Notes under the pieces: model-generated
What the model was told of the DNA's origin: nothing
Databases searched by the model: none
Seen by the model: only the letters and a program-made list of their open reading frames with translations
Source of the DNA: Arcobacteraceae bacterium
Lineage (GTDB): Bacteria > Campylobacterota > Campylobacteria > Campylobacterales > Arcobacteraceae
Direction: 5' to 3'
DNA: 64,000 bases
NCBI GenBank assembly: GCA_963662945.1
Contig: OY759974.1
Span: 1,376,001-1,440,000, forward strand
Shown: positions 16,868-27,530 of the stretch, piece after piece
Layout: the number at the start of each line of letters is the position of its first letter
How positions within the stretch are numbered: the stretch's first letter is position 1
Position numbers and translations under genes: made by a program

Positions 16868-18274
16868 TTATTCCTGACCAAAATTTGCATTAATTGCAGT
16901 ATTAATTCTTTTGATTGTTTCATTTACACCTAAAATTGCCACTATATCATATACTGATGGTGCATTTGTTCCACCTGTTAATGAGATTCGAATAGGTTGA
17001 AATAGTTGTGGAAATTTTAATTGATTTTCTTCAATAAATGGTTTTGTAATAGCTTCTATATCAACAGGTGTATGAAGTTCTTTATTTGTTTCAAGTAGTT
17101 TACAATAAGAGTTTAACATATCAATAGTATCTTCTTTAATGAATTTTTTTACACCTTTTTCATCATAACTTGTTGGTATATCAAGTATATTTGCTATGGC
17201 ATCTTTTAATTCTATGAGTGTATTGGCTCTTTCTTTACAAAGATCGAGTATCATCTCTTTTTTATCATGTCCATGAATTTCGCAGCCATGAAATTTTAAA
17301 TCATTTGCTAATCTTGCATTAGATACATTTTTAATGTAGTGAGCGTTGAGCCATAAAAGTTTTTCTTCATTATATGCAGAAGCTGATTTATTGATATTAT
17401 GTGGATCAAAAAGTTCAAGCATCTCATCAATACTAAATATCTCTTGATCTCCATTTGACCAACCAAGTCTAACTAGGAAGTTTAAAAGTGCTTCAGGAAG
17501 AAATCCTAGTCTTTTGTATTCCATAACATCCATCGCACCATCTCTTTTTGAAAGTTTTTTTCCAGATGGATTGTTTATCATTGGAATATGGAAAAACTTT
17601 GGTATATCAAATCCAAGTGCCTTATAAACGACAATTTGTTTCGGAGTATTAGAAAGGTGATCATCTCCCCTTAAAACATCAGTCATTCCCATTAAAGCAT
17701 CGTCAACGGCAACAACAAAGTTATATGTTGGAGCACCATTACTTCTTGCTATTACGAAATCATCTACTTGAGTCGCATCAAATTTCATAGGACCTTTTAC
17801 TCCATCAACAAACTCTATAGTTCCAGTTGTAGGAGCTTTTATACGAATCACAGGTTCTATACCTTCTGGAATAGCAGGTAAAGTTTTTCCCTCTTCTGGA
17901 CGCCAAGTTCCATCATATCTTGGAGTCTCTTTATTTGCTTCTTGTTTTGCTCGCAAAGCATCTAAATCTTCACGACTCATATAACACTTATATGCATTTC
18001 CATTTTCTAAAAGTTTATCAATATATATTTTATATATATCGAATCTTTTTGATTGATACTCTATTTCACAATCACTTGGCATTCCAACCCACTCAAATGC
18101 TTCAAGTATTGCTTTTACTGCATCTTCGTTATTTCTTGCATTATCTGTATCTTCAATTCTAAGTTTAAATTCACCATTAGTTTTTTTAGCCCACAAATAA
18201 CTATATAGTGCTGTTCTTAACCCACCTATATGTAAATATCCTGTTGGACTAGGTGCAAATCTTGTAATTGCCAT
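16868..18274 (-). CDS. gltX: Glutamate--tRNA ligase
   Basis: RFAPSPTGYLHIGG (HIGH motif), LRIEDTD and KLSKRDG (KMSKS motif). Confidence 0.97.
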   Translation of the reverse strand: MAITRFAPSPTGYLHIGGLRTALYSYLWAKKTNGEFKLRIEDTDNARNNEDAVKAILEAFEWVGMPSDCEIEYQSKRFDIYKIYIDKLLENGNAYKCYMSREDLDALRAKQEANKETPRYDGTWRPEEGKTLPAIPEGIEPVIRIKAPTTGTIEFVDGVKGPMKFDATQVDDFVIARSNGAPTYNFVVAVDDALMGMTDVLRGDDHLSNTPKQIVVYKALGFDIPKFFHIPMINNPSGKKLSKRDGAMDVMEYKRLGFLPEALLNFLVRLGWSNGDQEIFSIDEMLELFDPHNINKSASAYNEEKLLWLNAHYIKNVSNARLANDLKFHGCEIHGHDKKEMILDLCKERANTLIELKDAIANILDIPTSYDEKGVKKFIKEDTIDMLNSYCKLLETNKELHTPVDIEAITKPFIEENQLKFPQLFQPIRISLTGGTNAPSVYDIVAILGVNETIKRINTAINANFGQE

Positions 18275-18409
18275 TGTTACCCTTTTGTTATAAATATTGC
18301 GTATTCTACCATACTAAATAACTTACTAACTTTAAACAAACAGTAAATTTTAGTTACTTAATTTTTTATATGATATAATCATCTAATGTTTTAAAATTAG
18401 GACTAATAT

Positions 18410-19126
18410 ATGGAACTTTTGAAAAACTTTTCTATTCTCTATATAGATAACGACAAAGAGCTTATCTCAAAAGCAGAACAAACGCTTAAAAATAAAATAA
18501 AAAATCTTTATATTGTAAATAATTTTAAAGATGCATTTCCCTCTTATAAAAAATTTAATCCAGATATTGTTATTGTAGATGTTTTAAGTGAAAAGGGAAT
18601 AAATTTTTGTAAAGAACTTAAAAGTATCTCTAATGAACAGGCAATTATTGTATTGACAGCTCAAAAAAACATTGTAATTCTTGAAGAGATTATAAATTTA
18701 GGGGTATCTAAGATTCTTTTTAAACCTATTTTAAAATTTGATAGATTATTTCAAGAGATTGAAGCCGTGTGCAAAATATTACAAAATAAATTAGATGCAA
18801 ATAATTTAAAACTTTTAAAATTAAAAGAAGAGAGAGAAGAGTTTTTATTAGGTGTAATAAAACAGATATCTCATCATTGGAAGCAACCTTTGAGTATTAT
18901 CTCAACACTTTCAAGCACTTGTAGTTATAAAAAAGAGATGGGTATAGAAACAAATATAGAAGAAGATGTAGAATCTGCAAAACTTATTACACGGAAAACA
19001 CAAGAGTTAGCAGCAATTTTAGAAGCCATAGATAATATAGATTATAAAAATATAACAATAGAGGAGATTGAACAACTTATAAAAGTGAGCAATCCCCTTT
19101 ATCCTAGAGAAAAAGAGAAAGTTTAA
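18410..19126 (+). CDS. Receiver domain fused to a HisKA-like helix, with no ATPase domain
   Basis: Receiver (YIDND, IVIVDV, VLTA, LFKP) followed by ISHHWKQPLS (H-box-like). The protein ends without N or G boxes. Confidence 0.7.
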   Translation: MELLKNFSILYIDNDKELISKAEQTLKNKIKNLYIVNNFKDAFPSYKKFNPDIVIVDVLSEKGINFCKELKSISNEQAIIVLTAQKNIVILEEIINLGVSKILFKPILKFDRLFQEIEAVCKILQNKLDANNLKLLKLKEEREEFLLGVIKQISHHWKQPLSIISTLSSTCSYKKEMGIETNIEEDVESAKLITRKTQELAAILEAIDNIDYKNITIEEIEQLIKVSNPLYPREKEKV

Positions 19127-19821
19127 AAACCATTTGGATTAAATCCAAAGTCTTGATTAAATCCCATATCAAAATTTGCCATGTTTGGATCACTATATCC
19201 TAGCAGTGCTGATTTATTTCGTAACATCATAATATCATTTTTAATATCAATATGCTCTGGACACACCATATTACAGTTTCCACATAAAGTACAATCCCAA
19301 ATACCGTTTGTTTGTACCCTATCAATTTTATTGTTTATAGTAGCTTCTTTTTTATCATTTACATATCTATACGCACGCGTTAGGGCAAATGGACCAATAA
19401 AATCTTTATTGACTTCATAAACAGGACATGAACTGTAACAACTGTTACATAATATACAATTACTTTGCAAATCTATGTTTTTTTCATCTTGTGTAGTAAC
19501 AATAACATCACCTTTTTCTTCAAGATGTGCACATGCCATATTTAAAGATACTTTTTGATTTGATAAATCAACAACTAGATCTTTAATAACGGCTGTATTT
19601 TTAAGTGGTTCAATAACATCACCATCTTTAAAAGTTGTTTTACAAGCTAGCTTTTCTACCCCATTTACTCGCACTGCACAACTTCCACAGACCCCACTTC
19701 TACAGCCACTTCTATATGCTAAAGTATTATTTTGAGTAGTTTTGATAAGGTGAAGTATTTTTAAAAGATTATCTTCTTTTTCAAGAGTATATTGTTTGTT
19801 ACATATTGTTAAAGAGATCAT
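19123..19821 (-). CDS. Succinate dehydrogenase/fumarate reductase-family iron-sulfur subunit (second copy)
   Basis: CRSGVCGSC...C (2Fe-2S), CILCNSCYSSC and CTLCGNCNMVC. Confidence 0.9.
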   Translation of the reverse strand: MISLTICNKQYTLEKEDNLLKILHLIKTTQNNTLAYRSGCRSGVCGSCAVRVNGVEKLACKTTFKDGDVIEPLKNTAVIKDLVVDLSNQKVSLNMACAHLEEKGDVIVTTQDEKNIDLQSNCILCNSCYSSCPVYEVNKDFIGPFALTRAYRYVNDKKEATINNKIDRVQTNGIWDCTLCGNCNMVCPEHIDIKNDIMMLRNKSALLGYSDPNMANFDMGFNQDFGFNPNGF

Positions 19822-21422
19822 TATACTAACTCCACTTTATAATCATTGCCTATTTTTACAATCACACTATCTTTTGCAAATTCATTATTTTCATTTGGAT
19901 AATCACTTCTATAATGAGCACCTCGACTCTCACATCTATTAAGGGCTGATAATACGATAGTATCTCCTAGTTCTAGCATATTTAAAAATTCTATATATTC
20001 TTTGAGATTAGTATTGTAAATTTTACTTTTATCAGTTATTCCCATTAGTTCTTTTTGTGTTCTATATATCTCTATTTGCTCAAGTGCTTTATCTAAACTT
20101 TGTTTATCTCTAAAAAGTCCAACATTACTGTAAAATAGAGCCCCCAAATCTTTTTTTATAGCATAAAAGTCAACTTCATTAGGGCTTGAAAAAATATTTT
20201 CTATAAAGTTTATATCAAGTTGTAATTGGGGTGATTTTATCTCTTCATCAAGTTGTATTGTCCTTGATTTTTCACTTACAATTTTACCAACATATCTTCC
20301 AAAAGTTACAATTTCAAGCAATGAATTTCCACCAAGTCTATTTGCACCATGAACTCCATTTGAGGAACATTCTCCAACTGCATAAAGATTTTTGATATTT
20401 GTTTCACAATTTATATTTGTTTTAATTCCACCCATAGTATAGTGAGCAGCAGGTTTAATTGGTATCAAATCAAAATCAAGTTTTAATCCACCAAATTGTA
20501 AAGCTAAATCATACTCTTGAGGCATAGTTTCTTTTATTTTTTCTAAACCAAGATGTCGTAAATCTAAAAATACTTCATTCCCAGCTTTGATTTTTTCGTC
20601 AATTGCACGTGCTACGACATCTCTTGGGGCTAATTCATCAACAAATCGTTTTTCATCTTGAGTTACAAGATATCCACCTTCTCCTCTTGCACTTTCACTT
20701 AAAAGTATAGAATTTGCTTTTAAAGTAGTTGGATGAAATTGGATATATTCCATATTTGAAATAGCAACATTTGCTCTTAATGCAGCTGCAATAGCATCTC
20801 CAGTAGAAGCATTGGAGTTTGTAGTATATCCTTCGTAAATCGCACCATATCCACCACTAGCTACTATAACAGACTTAGCAAGTATTTGTTTTACTTCACA
20901 AGTTTTTATATCAAGAGTAGTAATCCCTTTAATTGTATTCTCTTCAATAATGAAGTTTAAAAGCATTGTTTCATTTAAAAATTCAATATTTTCTTTTAAA
21001 CAGTTATCATAAAGAGTATGCAATATTTTAAGACCAGTGTAATCACTACTAAAACAAGCCCGTGGATAAGAAGCCCCACCTAATTTTCTTTGAGCTATAG
21101 CGTTGTCTTTATCTCTACTAAAAGGGACACCTATATTATCAAGCCATTGAATAGTTTCATTTGCTTTTTCACACATAAACTTTATAGTATCAACATCTCC
21201 AATATGATGTGCTGATTTAATAGTGTCTTTAATATGAGAATTTATGCTATCTTGTGAGTTTTCTTTTGTTAAAACACCATTTATTCCACCTTGTGCTTGA
21301 CAAGTTTGTGATTGAGTTGGGTATGTTTTTGATACAACTAAAACATTACTACCATTTTTTTTGGCTTCGAGTGCAGCACTTAAACCTGCTCCCCCACTAC
21401 CTATTATAAGTACATCTATCAT
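19821..21422 (-). CDS. Succinate dehydrogenase/fumarate reductase-family flavoprotein (second copy, no membrane anchor gene adjacent)
   Basis: GSGGAG, AQGG, QFHPT, ESARGEGG, ELAPRDVV, HYTMGG, HGANRLGGNSL, ESRGAH. Likely ATG start at 21422 (the track used TTG at 21434). Confidence 0.88.
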   Translation of the reverse strand: MIDVLIIGSGGAGLSAALEAKKNGSNVLVVSKTYPTQSQTCQAQGGINGVLTKENSQDSINSHIKDTIKSAHHIGDVDTIKFMCEKANETIQWLDNIGVPFSRDKDNAIAQRKLGGASYPRACFSSDYTGLKILHTLYDNCLKENIEFLNETMLLNFIIEENTIKGITTLDIKTCEVKQILAKSVIVASGGYGAIYEGYTTNSNASTGDAIAAALRANVAISNMEYIQFHPTTLKANSILLSESARGEGGYLVTQDEKRFVDELAPRDVVARAIDEKIKAGNEVFLDLRHLGLEKIKETMPQEYDLALQFGGLKLDFDLIPIKPAAHYTMGGIKTNINCETNIKNLYAVGECSSNGVHGANRLGGNSLLEIVTFGRYVGKIVSEKSRTIQLDEEIKSPQLQLDINFIENIFSSPNEVDFYAIKKDLGALFYSNVGLFRDKQSLDKALEQIEIYRTQKELMGITDKSKIYNTNLKEYIEFLNMLELGDTIVLSALNRCESRGAHYRSDYPNENNEFAKDSVIVKIGNDYKVELV

Positions 21423-21424
21423 TT

Positions 21425-22117
21425 TTAATCCCAAAATTCTTTGAGTTCTCTCTCTTTTTTTAATTTTTCTTCTTCAATGTGTTGTTTAATTTGTAACTCT
21501 TCTTCATCTTCTTTTTGCAATTCTTGTTCCTGTTGAGCTAAAAGTTCAGCTCTTTCTTTTCTTGCTTGAAGAATTTTTGCTCTTATTTTTTCTTGAGCCT
21601 CTTTTTTCATATCATCATTAAAGTTCATTCCTTCAATTGTTAAAAAAGCATTACTAATCTCTTCCTCTTCAGTAAGTTCAATAGGTGAAGTTTCTTCTGC
21701 TTCAGATATAATTTCTTGTGATGGAATTGTTTCTCCCTCAAAAGGTTCTGGTATAAACTGTGTTTCTTCTATTTTTTCTATTACAGTTGATTCTACTTTA
21801 TTCTCAACTTTTTCTACATTATTTGGTACAACTTTAGATACAACTTCTAATGCAACTTTAGATTTGTTTTTTTTCTCTTTGTGTTTTACTTTTTTAGGTA
21901 CTGCATTTCCTTGAAGTTGTTGTTTTAGTTCTTCAAATTCTGCCATTATTTTTTCATATTTTTCAAAGTCCATTAAAAGAAAACTTGGTTTACCATCTCT
22001 TAATATAATAGCTTTTTCTATCTCTTCTTCAACAATTTTATCAAAAATCATTTTGCTTTTTCGAATCAATTCTGTAGCCGAGAACATCTCATTTGATTTA
22101 TAAAGTAATAAACCCAT
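21425..22117 (-). CDS. Protein with a Phd/YefM-antitoxin-like N-terminal domain and a long acidic/coiled-coil tail
   Basis: FSATELIRKSKMIFDKI...AIILRDGKPSFLLMDFEKYEK resembles the Phd/YefM DNA-binding fold. The remainder is E/K/Q-rich. Confidence 0.6.
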   Translation of the reverse strand: MGLLLYKSNEMFSATELIRKSKMIFDKIVEEEIEKAIILRDGKPSFLLMDFEKYEKIMAEFEELKQQLQGNAVPKKVKHKEKKNKSKVALEVVSKVVPNNVEKVENKVESTVIEKIEETQFIPEPFEGETIPSQEIISEAEETSPIELTEEEEISNAFLTIEGMNFNDDMKKEAQEKIRAKILQARKERAELLAQQEQELQKEDEEELQIKQHIEEEKLKKERELKEFWD

Positions 22118-22178
22118 TGCAAACTCCTATATGTAAAGTTATATGTATTATATCACAAATATTACAACATATAAAAAT

Positions 22179-23108
22179 TTAATTTAAAAAACTTTTTATA
22201 TTTTCTTCTATACCATTTAGTAATCGTACTCGAGCTTCTTTTGATGCCCAAGCAATATGAGGTGTAATAAGTATTCTATCTTTATCTCTAATAGCTAAAA
22301 GAGGATTTGTAGGTTCGATTGGTTCTTTCGTGACAACATCTGTACCATAGTAAATATCTTGACCATTATCTATAGCTTCACTTATATCTGTTTCGTTGAC
22401 AATACCGCCACGTCCTAAGTTAAGTAAAATAGTTCCTGCTTTTATAGTAGGTATATTATTTTTGTTTATGAGATTTAATGTTTGTTCATTTAATGCAGAA
22501 TGTATTGAGATAATATCTGAGGTTTGAAGGAGTTCTTCTAAAGTTACTTGTTTATATTGTGTATTGTTATTGTTTCCGCTCGTTGAAAAATATTGTACAT
22601 CACAGCCAAATGAATCAGCAACTTTTGCTACCCCGCAGCCAATATTACCAAGTCCTATAATCCCCCACTTTTTTTTATCTAGTTCATAAAAAGGATGACT
22701 TAAATTTGTAAATATATTACTATATTTCCAGCTATATTTACCATATAAGTCATAATAGTTGATTTTTTGTACGAATTGTAATGCGAATGTAAATGTGAGT
22801 TGTACTACGCTTGAAGTAGAATATCCTACAACATTTTTTACTATAATACCTTTTTCTTTTGCTAATTTTAAATCAATATTATTCATGCCTGTTGCAGCCA
22901 CACAGATAAGCTTTATATTAGAGTTATTTATTATATCTTTATCTATTATGACTTTATTAGTTACAACTATATCTACATTTTGAACTCTACGAAGAGTTTC
23001 GTCTGGAGACGTTGTATCATAACTGATAATTGTACCTAGCTTATTGAATTGCTCTAAATTTATATCTTCACCTAAAGTTTTTCTATCCAAAAATACTATT
23101 GTCATCAC
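22179..23108 (-). CDS. D-2-hydroxyacid dehydrogenase (glycerate dehydrogenase-like)
   Basis: VAATGMNNID, GIIGLGNIG, NLGRGGIV, DV...EP, ITPHIAW. The start may be ATG at 23105. Confidence 0.92.
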   Translation of the reverse strand: MMTIVFLDRKTLGEDINLEQFNKLGTIISYDTTSPDETLRRVQNVDIVVTNKVIIDKDIINNSNIKLICVAATGMNNIDLKLAKEKGIIVKNVVGYSTSSVVQLTFTFALQFVQKINYYDLYGKYSWKYSNIFTNLSHPFYELDKKKWGIIGLGNIGCGVAKVADSFGCDVQYFSTSGNNNNTQYKQVTLEELLQTSDIISIHSALNEQTLNLINKNNIPTIKAGTILLNLGRGGIVNETDISEAIDNGQDIYYGTDVVTKEPIEPTNPLLAIRDKDRILITPHIAWASKEARVRLLNGIEENIKSFLN

Positions 23109-23187
23109 TAACCTTTTTTTTCTTATTAGGGTATCAAAAATAGGTTTAATTTGTTATAATAAAAACTTTAAAATCCAAAGGAAATAG

Positions 23188-23967
23188 ATGGAACAAAATA
23201 AAAATATTGAACATATAATAGAAGGAATAGTTGATAAAAAAGTTGATGGTAAAAAAAGTAATATACCAGCAAAACTTGATTTTTATCAAAGTGCAACAGG
23301 ATTAATACTTGCAATATTTGTGAAATTTCATCTTATTTTTGTTTCTTCAATTTTAATAAGTAAAGATTTTATGCATAGTGTTGATAAATTTTTATCAGGA
23401 AGTACATTTATTGAAGGTGGGCATCCTGCATTTGTCGTAGGGGCTGCATTTATATTATTTATTGTATTGTTTGTTCATGCTCTTATGGCAATAAGAAAAT
23501 TTCCAAACTCTTATAGACAATATAGAAATTTTACTTCACATACACAAATGTTTCCTCATGGAGATACTAAACTTTGGGGAGTTCAGATACTTACTGGATT
23601 TATATTATTCTTCTTTGTTTCTATGCATTTATATCAAATGATGAGTGAACCATCCAATATTGGTCCATATTTAAGCTCAGATAGAATTTGGTCAGATAGT
23701 GCTTGGGTTATGTATATTATTTTACTTGTTGCTGTTGAGTTACATGCAACGATTGGATTATATCGATTAGTTGTAAAATGGGGTTGGTTTGCAAATAAAA
23801 GTTATAAAGCTACACGTGAAAAATTGAAATTAATCAGAAATAGTATTATTGCATTTTATTTAATATTAGGAACTTTATCACTTGGGGCTTATATGAAAAT
23901 AGGATATGAACATCAAAATAATTATGGTGAGAAATATATTCCAACACATACTAAGGTTTCAAAATGA
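23188..23967 (+). CDS. frdC: Fumarate reductase dihaem cytochrome b subunit
   Basis: Five TM helices. [31 protein letters not shown] and [18 protein letters not shown] match the Wolinella/Campylobacter FrdC type. Confidence 0.93.
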   Translation: MEQNKNIEHIIEGIVDKKVDGKKSNIPAKLDFYQSATGLILAIFVKFHLIFVSSILISKDFMHSVDKFLSGSTFIEGGHPAFVVGAAFILFIVLFVHALMAIRKFPNSYRQYRNFTSHTQMFPHGDTKLWGVQILTGFILFFFVSMHLYQMMSEPSNIGPYLSSDRIWSDSAWVMYIILLVAVELHATIGLYRLVVKWGWFANKSYKATREKLKLIRNSIIAFYLILGTLSLGAYMKIGYEHQNNYGEKYIPTHTKVSK

Positions 23968-25961
23968 AAATATATTATACAGATACATTAGTTATTGGTG
24001 GTGGATTAGCTGGATTAAGAGTTGCTATTGCTACACAGCAAGCAGGGCATAAAACAACAGTATTATCTTTAATTCCAGTAAAACGATCTCACAGTGCAGC
24101 TGCACAAGGTGGAATGCAAGCAAGTCTTGGAAACTCTGTTATGAGTAAAGGAGATAATGAAGATATTCACTTTGAAGATACAGTCAAAGGAAGTGACTGG
24201 GGATGTGACCAAAAAGTTGCTCGGATGTTTACTCATGTAGCACCAAAGGCTATTCGAGAACTTACTGCTTGGGGAGTTCCTTGGACTAGGATACGAAAAG
24301 GTGTGAAAAATGTTGTAATAAATTCTGAACATACAACAATTACAGAAGATGAAAATGTTCATGGTCTTATAGCTTCAAGAGATTTTGGTGGTACAAAAAA
24401 GTGGCGTACTTGTTATACAGCAGATGCCACAGGACACTCTATGCTTTTTGCAGTTGCAAATGAAGCTATAAAAAACAATGTAAATATATTAGAGAAAAAA
24501 GAAGCTGTAAAATTAATCTATAAAGATAATATTTGTTATGGTGCGGTAGTAAAAGATCTCATGGATGGAAAAATATCAGCATATCTAGCAAAAGCAACAG
24601 TGATAGCAACTGGTGGATATGGAAGAATTTATGAACATACAACAAATGCAGTTATTTGTGAGGGAACTGGAGCAGCATTAGCTTTAGAAACAGGAATAGC
24701 CAAATTAGCAAATATGGAAGCTGTACAGTTTCATCCAACAGGATTAGTACCAAATGGTATTTTGATGACAGAAGGTTGTAGAGGTGATGGGGGAGTTCTA
24801 AGAGATGTAGATGGATATAGATTTATGCCTGATTATGAACCTGAGAAAAAAGAGTTGGCTAGTAGAGATGTTGTAAGTAGAAGGATGACAGAACATATAC
24901 GAAAGGGTAAAGGGGTACCATCACCTTATGGTGACCATCTCTGGCTAGATATCTCTATCTTAGGACGAGAACATATAGAAAAAAATCTTCGAGATATGCA
25001 AGATATCTGTATGAGCTTTTTAGGAATTGACCCAGCTGATGAGGGAGTGTGGATTCCTGTTCGACCAATGCAACATTATTCTATGGGTGGTATTAAAGTT
25101 GATGAAACAGGGCAATCGCCACATTTAAAGGGACTTTTCTCATGTGGAGAAGCTGCTTGTTGGGATCTTCACGGTTTTAATCGACTTGGAGGAAATAGTG
25201 TAGCTGAAACAGTTGTTTCAGGTATGATTGTTGGAGAGTATGTTTCTCAATATTGTTTTAACACACATATAGAGTTTGATACAAAGATTGCTAGTGATTT
25301 TATGAAGGCATTTGATGAAGAGCAAGATAGGATTTTACGAAATGTTTGTGATATAACAGTGAAACAAAATGACAAAAGTATTTATGATATCCGAGATAAA
25401 ATGAAAAAAATCATGATGGATAAAGTTGGTATTTTTAGAACAGGTAGTGAACTACAAAGTGCATATGAAGAATTACAAGAACTTTTAAAACAAAGTGATG
25501 GAGTGTATATACGAACAAACACAAAATCAGCAAATCCAGGTCTGATAGATACTTTAAGAGTGAAAAAGATGTTAAAACTAGCTATTTGTATCACAAAAGG
25601 TGCCCTTGATAGATGTGAGAGTCGTGGGGCACATACTAGAGAAGATTATCCAAAAAGAGATGATTTAAATTGGTTAAAAAGAACACTTACTTCTTGGAAA
25701 GAAGGAAGTTATGAACCTATTGTTGAATATGAAGATTTAGATATTATGAGTATGGAGTTACCACCTGGATTTAGGGGTTATGGAAAAAAAGGTAATATTA
25801 TTGAGCATCCAGATTCACAAAAAAGATTAGAAGAGATAGAAAATTTAAAAAAAGAAAATCCCTCTTTTGATAGATTTACAATACAAAATAATCTTATGCC
25901 ATATGATTTACCAGCTAAATACCAAGAGAAAAATGAAAGAGTAGGAATAGGGTATGAATAA
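23964..25961 (+). CDS. frdA: Fumarate reductase flavoprotein subunit
   Basis: [10 protein letters not shown] (covalent-FAD His), [40 protein letters not shown]. Confidence 0.96.
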   Translation: MKIYYTDTLVIGGGLAGLRVAIATQQAGHKTTVLSLIPVKRSHSAAAQGGMQASLGNSVMSKGDNEDIHFEDTVKGSDWGCDQKVARMFTHVAPKAIRELTAWGVPWTRIRKGVKNVVINSEHTTITEDENVHGLIASRDFGGTKKWRTCYTADATGHSMLFAVANEAIKNNVNILEKKEAVKLIYKDNICYGAVVKDLMDGKISAYLAKATVIATGGYGRIYEHTTNAVICEGTGAALALETGIAKLANMEAVQFHPTGLVPNGILMTEGCRGDGGVLRDVDGYRFMPDYEPEKKELASRDVVSRRMTEHIRKGKGVPSPYGDHLWLDISILGREHIEKNLRDMQDICMSFLGIDPADEGVWIPVRPMQHYSMGGIKVDETGQSPHLKGLFSCGEAACWDLHGFNRLGGNSVAETVVSGMIVGEYVSQYCFNTHIEFDTKIASDFMKAFDEEQDRILRNVCDITVKQNDKSIYDIRDKMKKIMMDKVGIFRTGSELQSAYEELQELLKQSDGVYIRTNTKSANPGLIDTLRVKKMLKLAICITKGALDRCESRGAHTREDYPKRDDLNWLKRTLTSWKEGSYEPIVEYEDLDIMSMELPPGFRGYGKKGNIIEHPDSQKRLEEIENLKKENPSFDRFTIQNNLMPYDLPAKYQEKNERVGIGYE

Positions 25962-26688
25962 TCAATTAAAACCAAGAATTTTAAAACTACATGTTTTTAA
26001 ATACAATCCATTAGATTGTAATGATAGACCAAAACTAAAAACTTATGAGATAGAAGAAACACCAGGGATGACTATCTTTGTTGCATTAAATTTTATAAGA
26101 GATAGACTTGATCATACTTTACAGTTTGATTTCGTCTGTAGGGCTGGAATATGTGGAAGTTGTGCTATGGTTATCAATGGAACACCAACATTGGCTTGTA
26201 GAACATTAACAGCTTCTTTTGAAAATGGCGAAATCACACTATTGCCTTTGCCTATTTTTGAGCTTATTGGTGACCTTTCAATCAACACAGCAAAATGGAT
26301 GAACGATATGTCAAAAGATGTAAAAAGTTGGATTCATACACAAGAAGAAACAAATATAAACAGTATAGAAAAACCCATGGATCCTGATATAGCAGATGAG
26401 GTATTTGAACTTGATCGTTGTATAGAGTGTGGTTGTTGTGTAGCAGCTTGTGGTACTAAAAGAATGAGACCAAAATTTAAAGGAGCAGTTGCTTTAAATA
26501 GAGTTGCTAGATATGTACTTGATCCAAGAGATGAAAGAACTATAGAAGATATGTATGAAATAATTGGAGATGATGAGGGTGTATTTGGATGTATGAGTTT
26601 ACTTGGTTGTGATGATACTTGTCCAAAACATTTACCTTTACAAACAAAGATAGCTTATTTACGAAGAAAGATGGTTCAACTTAAATAG
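25954..26688 (+). CDS. frdB: Fumarate reductase iron-sulfur subunit
   Basis: [20 protein letters not shown] and [11 protein letters not shown] (3Fe-4S type). Confidence 0.96.
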   Translation: MNNQLKPRILKLHVFKYNPLDCNDRPKLKTYEIEETPGMTIFVALNFIRDRLDHTLQFDFVCRAGICGSCAMVINGTPTLACRTLTASFENGEITLLPLPIFELIGDLSINTAKWMNDMSKDVKSWIHTQEETNINSIEKPMDPDIADEVFELDRCIECGCCVAACGTKRMRPKFKGAVALNRVARYVLDPRDERTIEDMYEIIGDDEGVFGCMSLLGCDDTCPKHLPLQTKIAYLRRKMVQLK

Positions 26689-26753
26689 TTTGTATTAACG
26701 AACTTTATGTTAGAATCATCAAAATAATTTTACAAATAAAAAAAGGGATAAAT

Positions 26754-27368
26754 ATGTTGAAAAAAACATTACTTTTAGCTTCAAGTGCAGCACTTTTAAG
26801 TGCATCAACTACTATGTGTTTTAAAAAAGAGCATATAGATCCAAGTACTATAGAGACAGTAAAACTTGAAGGTGGTGAGTGTGGTGGAAAACTAAGCTCA
26901 CAAGATATGCAAAGATTGGGATATACAGTAGGGGATATAAAAATATCAAGTGGTGAAACAGGATTAAACTATATTTATATCTTTAAAAAAGATGAACCAT
27001 TATCAACAGTAACTACTGATGGAAAGATGATACTTACAAAAGAGGATTTAAAAGCAAAATTTCTCGAACTTCAAGATGAACAAAAAGCTGAACAAAAAGA
27101 GAAAGAAAGAGTAGCAAATTTAGCACTTGGAAAAGATATCTATGAAAATGTATGTAGAAGATGTCATGGGGATGGAACTACAAGAGCATATGGTGTTGCA
27201 ACACCTTTAGTTGAATTAAGTGAAACACAAATAATAACAGCGTTTAGAGAATATGGTTTTAGTCAAAAAGATAATGGTATGGCAATGCTTATGAAACCTT
27301 ATGCTAGTACTTATAATGAAAAAGAATTAAAAGCTATTTCAGCTTATATACAAAATACTTTAAAATAA
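26754..27368 (+). CDS. Exported monohaem c-type cytochrome with an extra N-terminal domain
   Basis: Signal peptide, CRRCH haem-binding motif and distal Met candidates (MAMLMKPYA). Confidence 0.85.
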   Translation: MLKKTLLLASSAALLSASTTMCFKKEHIDPSTIETVKLEGGECGGKLSSQDMQRLGYTVGDIKISSGETGLNYIYIFKKDEPLSTVTTDGKMILTKEDLKAKFLELQDEQKAEQKEKERVANLALGKDIYENVCRRCHGDGTTRAYGVATPLVELSETQIITAFREYGFSQKDNGMAMLMKPYASTYNEKELKAISAYIQNTLK

Positions 27369-27474
27369 CAAGTTATAGACATACTAAATGTCAATAACTT
27401 ACTTACGTTTTTATCTATATTTTTTAATACACTATATTTGTTAATTGATTAGTATATGTCAATATTTATAAACT

Positions 27475-27505
27475 AAAAAAGGGCTGGATAAATATCCAGC
27501 CCTTT
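27475..27505 (-). terminator. Intrinsic terminator of the porin gene
   Basis: AAAGGGCTGGATA / TATCCAGCCCTTT hairpin followed by a T-run on the minus strand. Confidence 0.85.
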
Positions 27506-27530
27506 CAAATACTATGTTCTAATTAATATA

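Noticed and set aside
19821-21422. L-aspartate oxidase (nadB) as the identity of the second flavoprotein
   Set aside because: Lacks the EGGH motif (has RKLGG) and is translationally coupled to an SdhB/FrdB-type Fe-S subunit.
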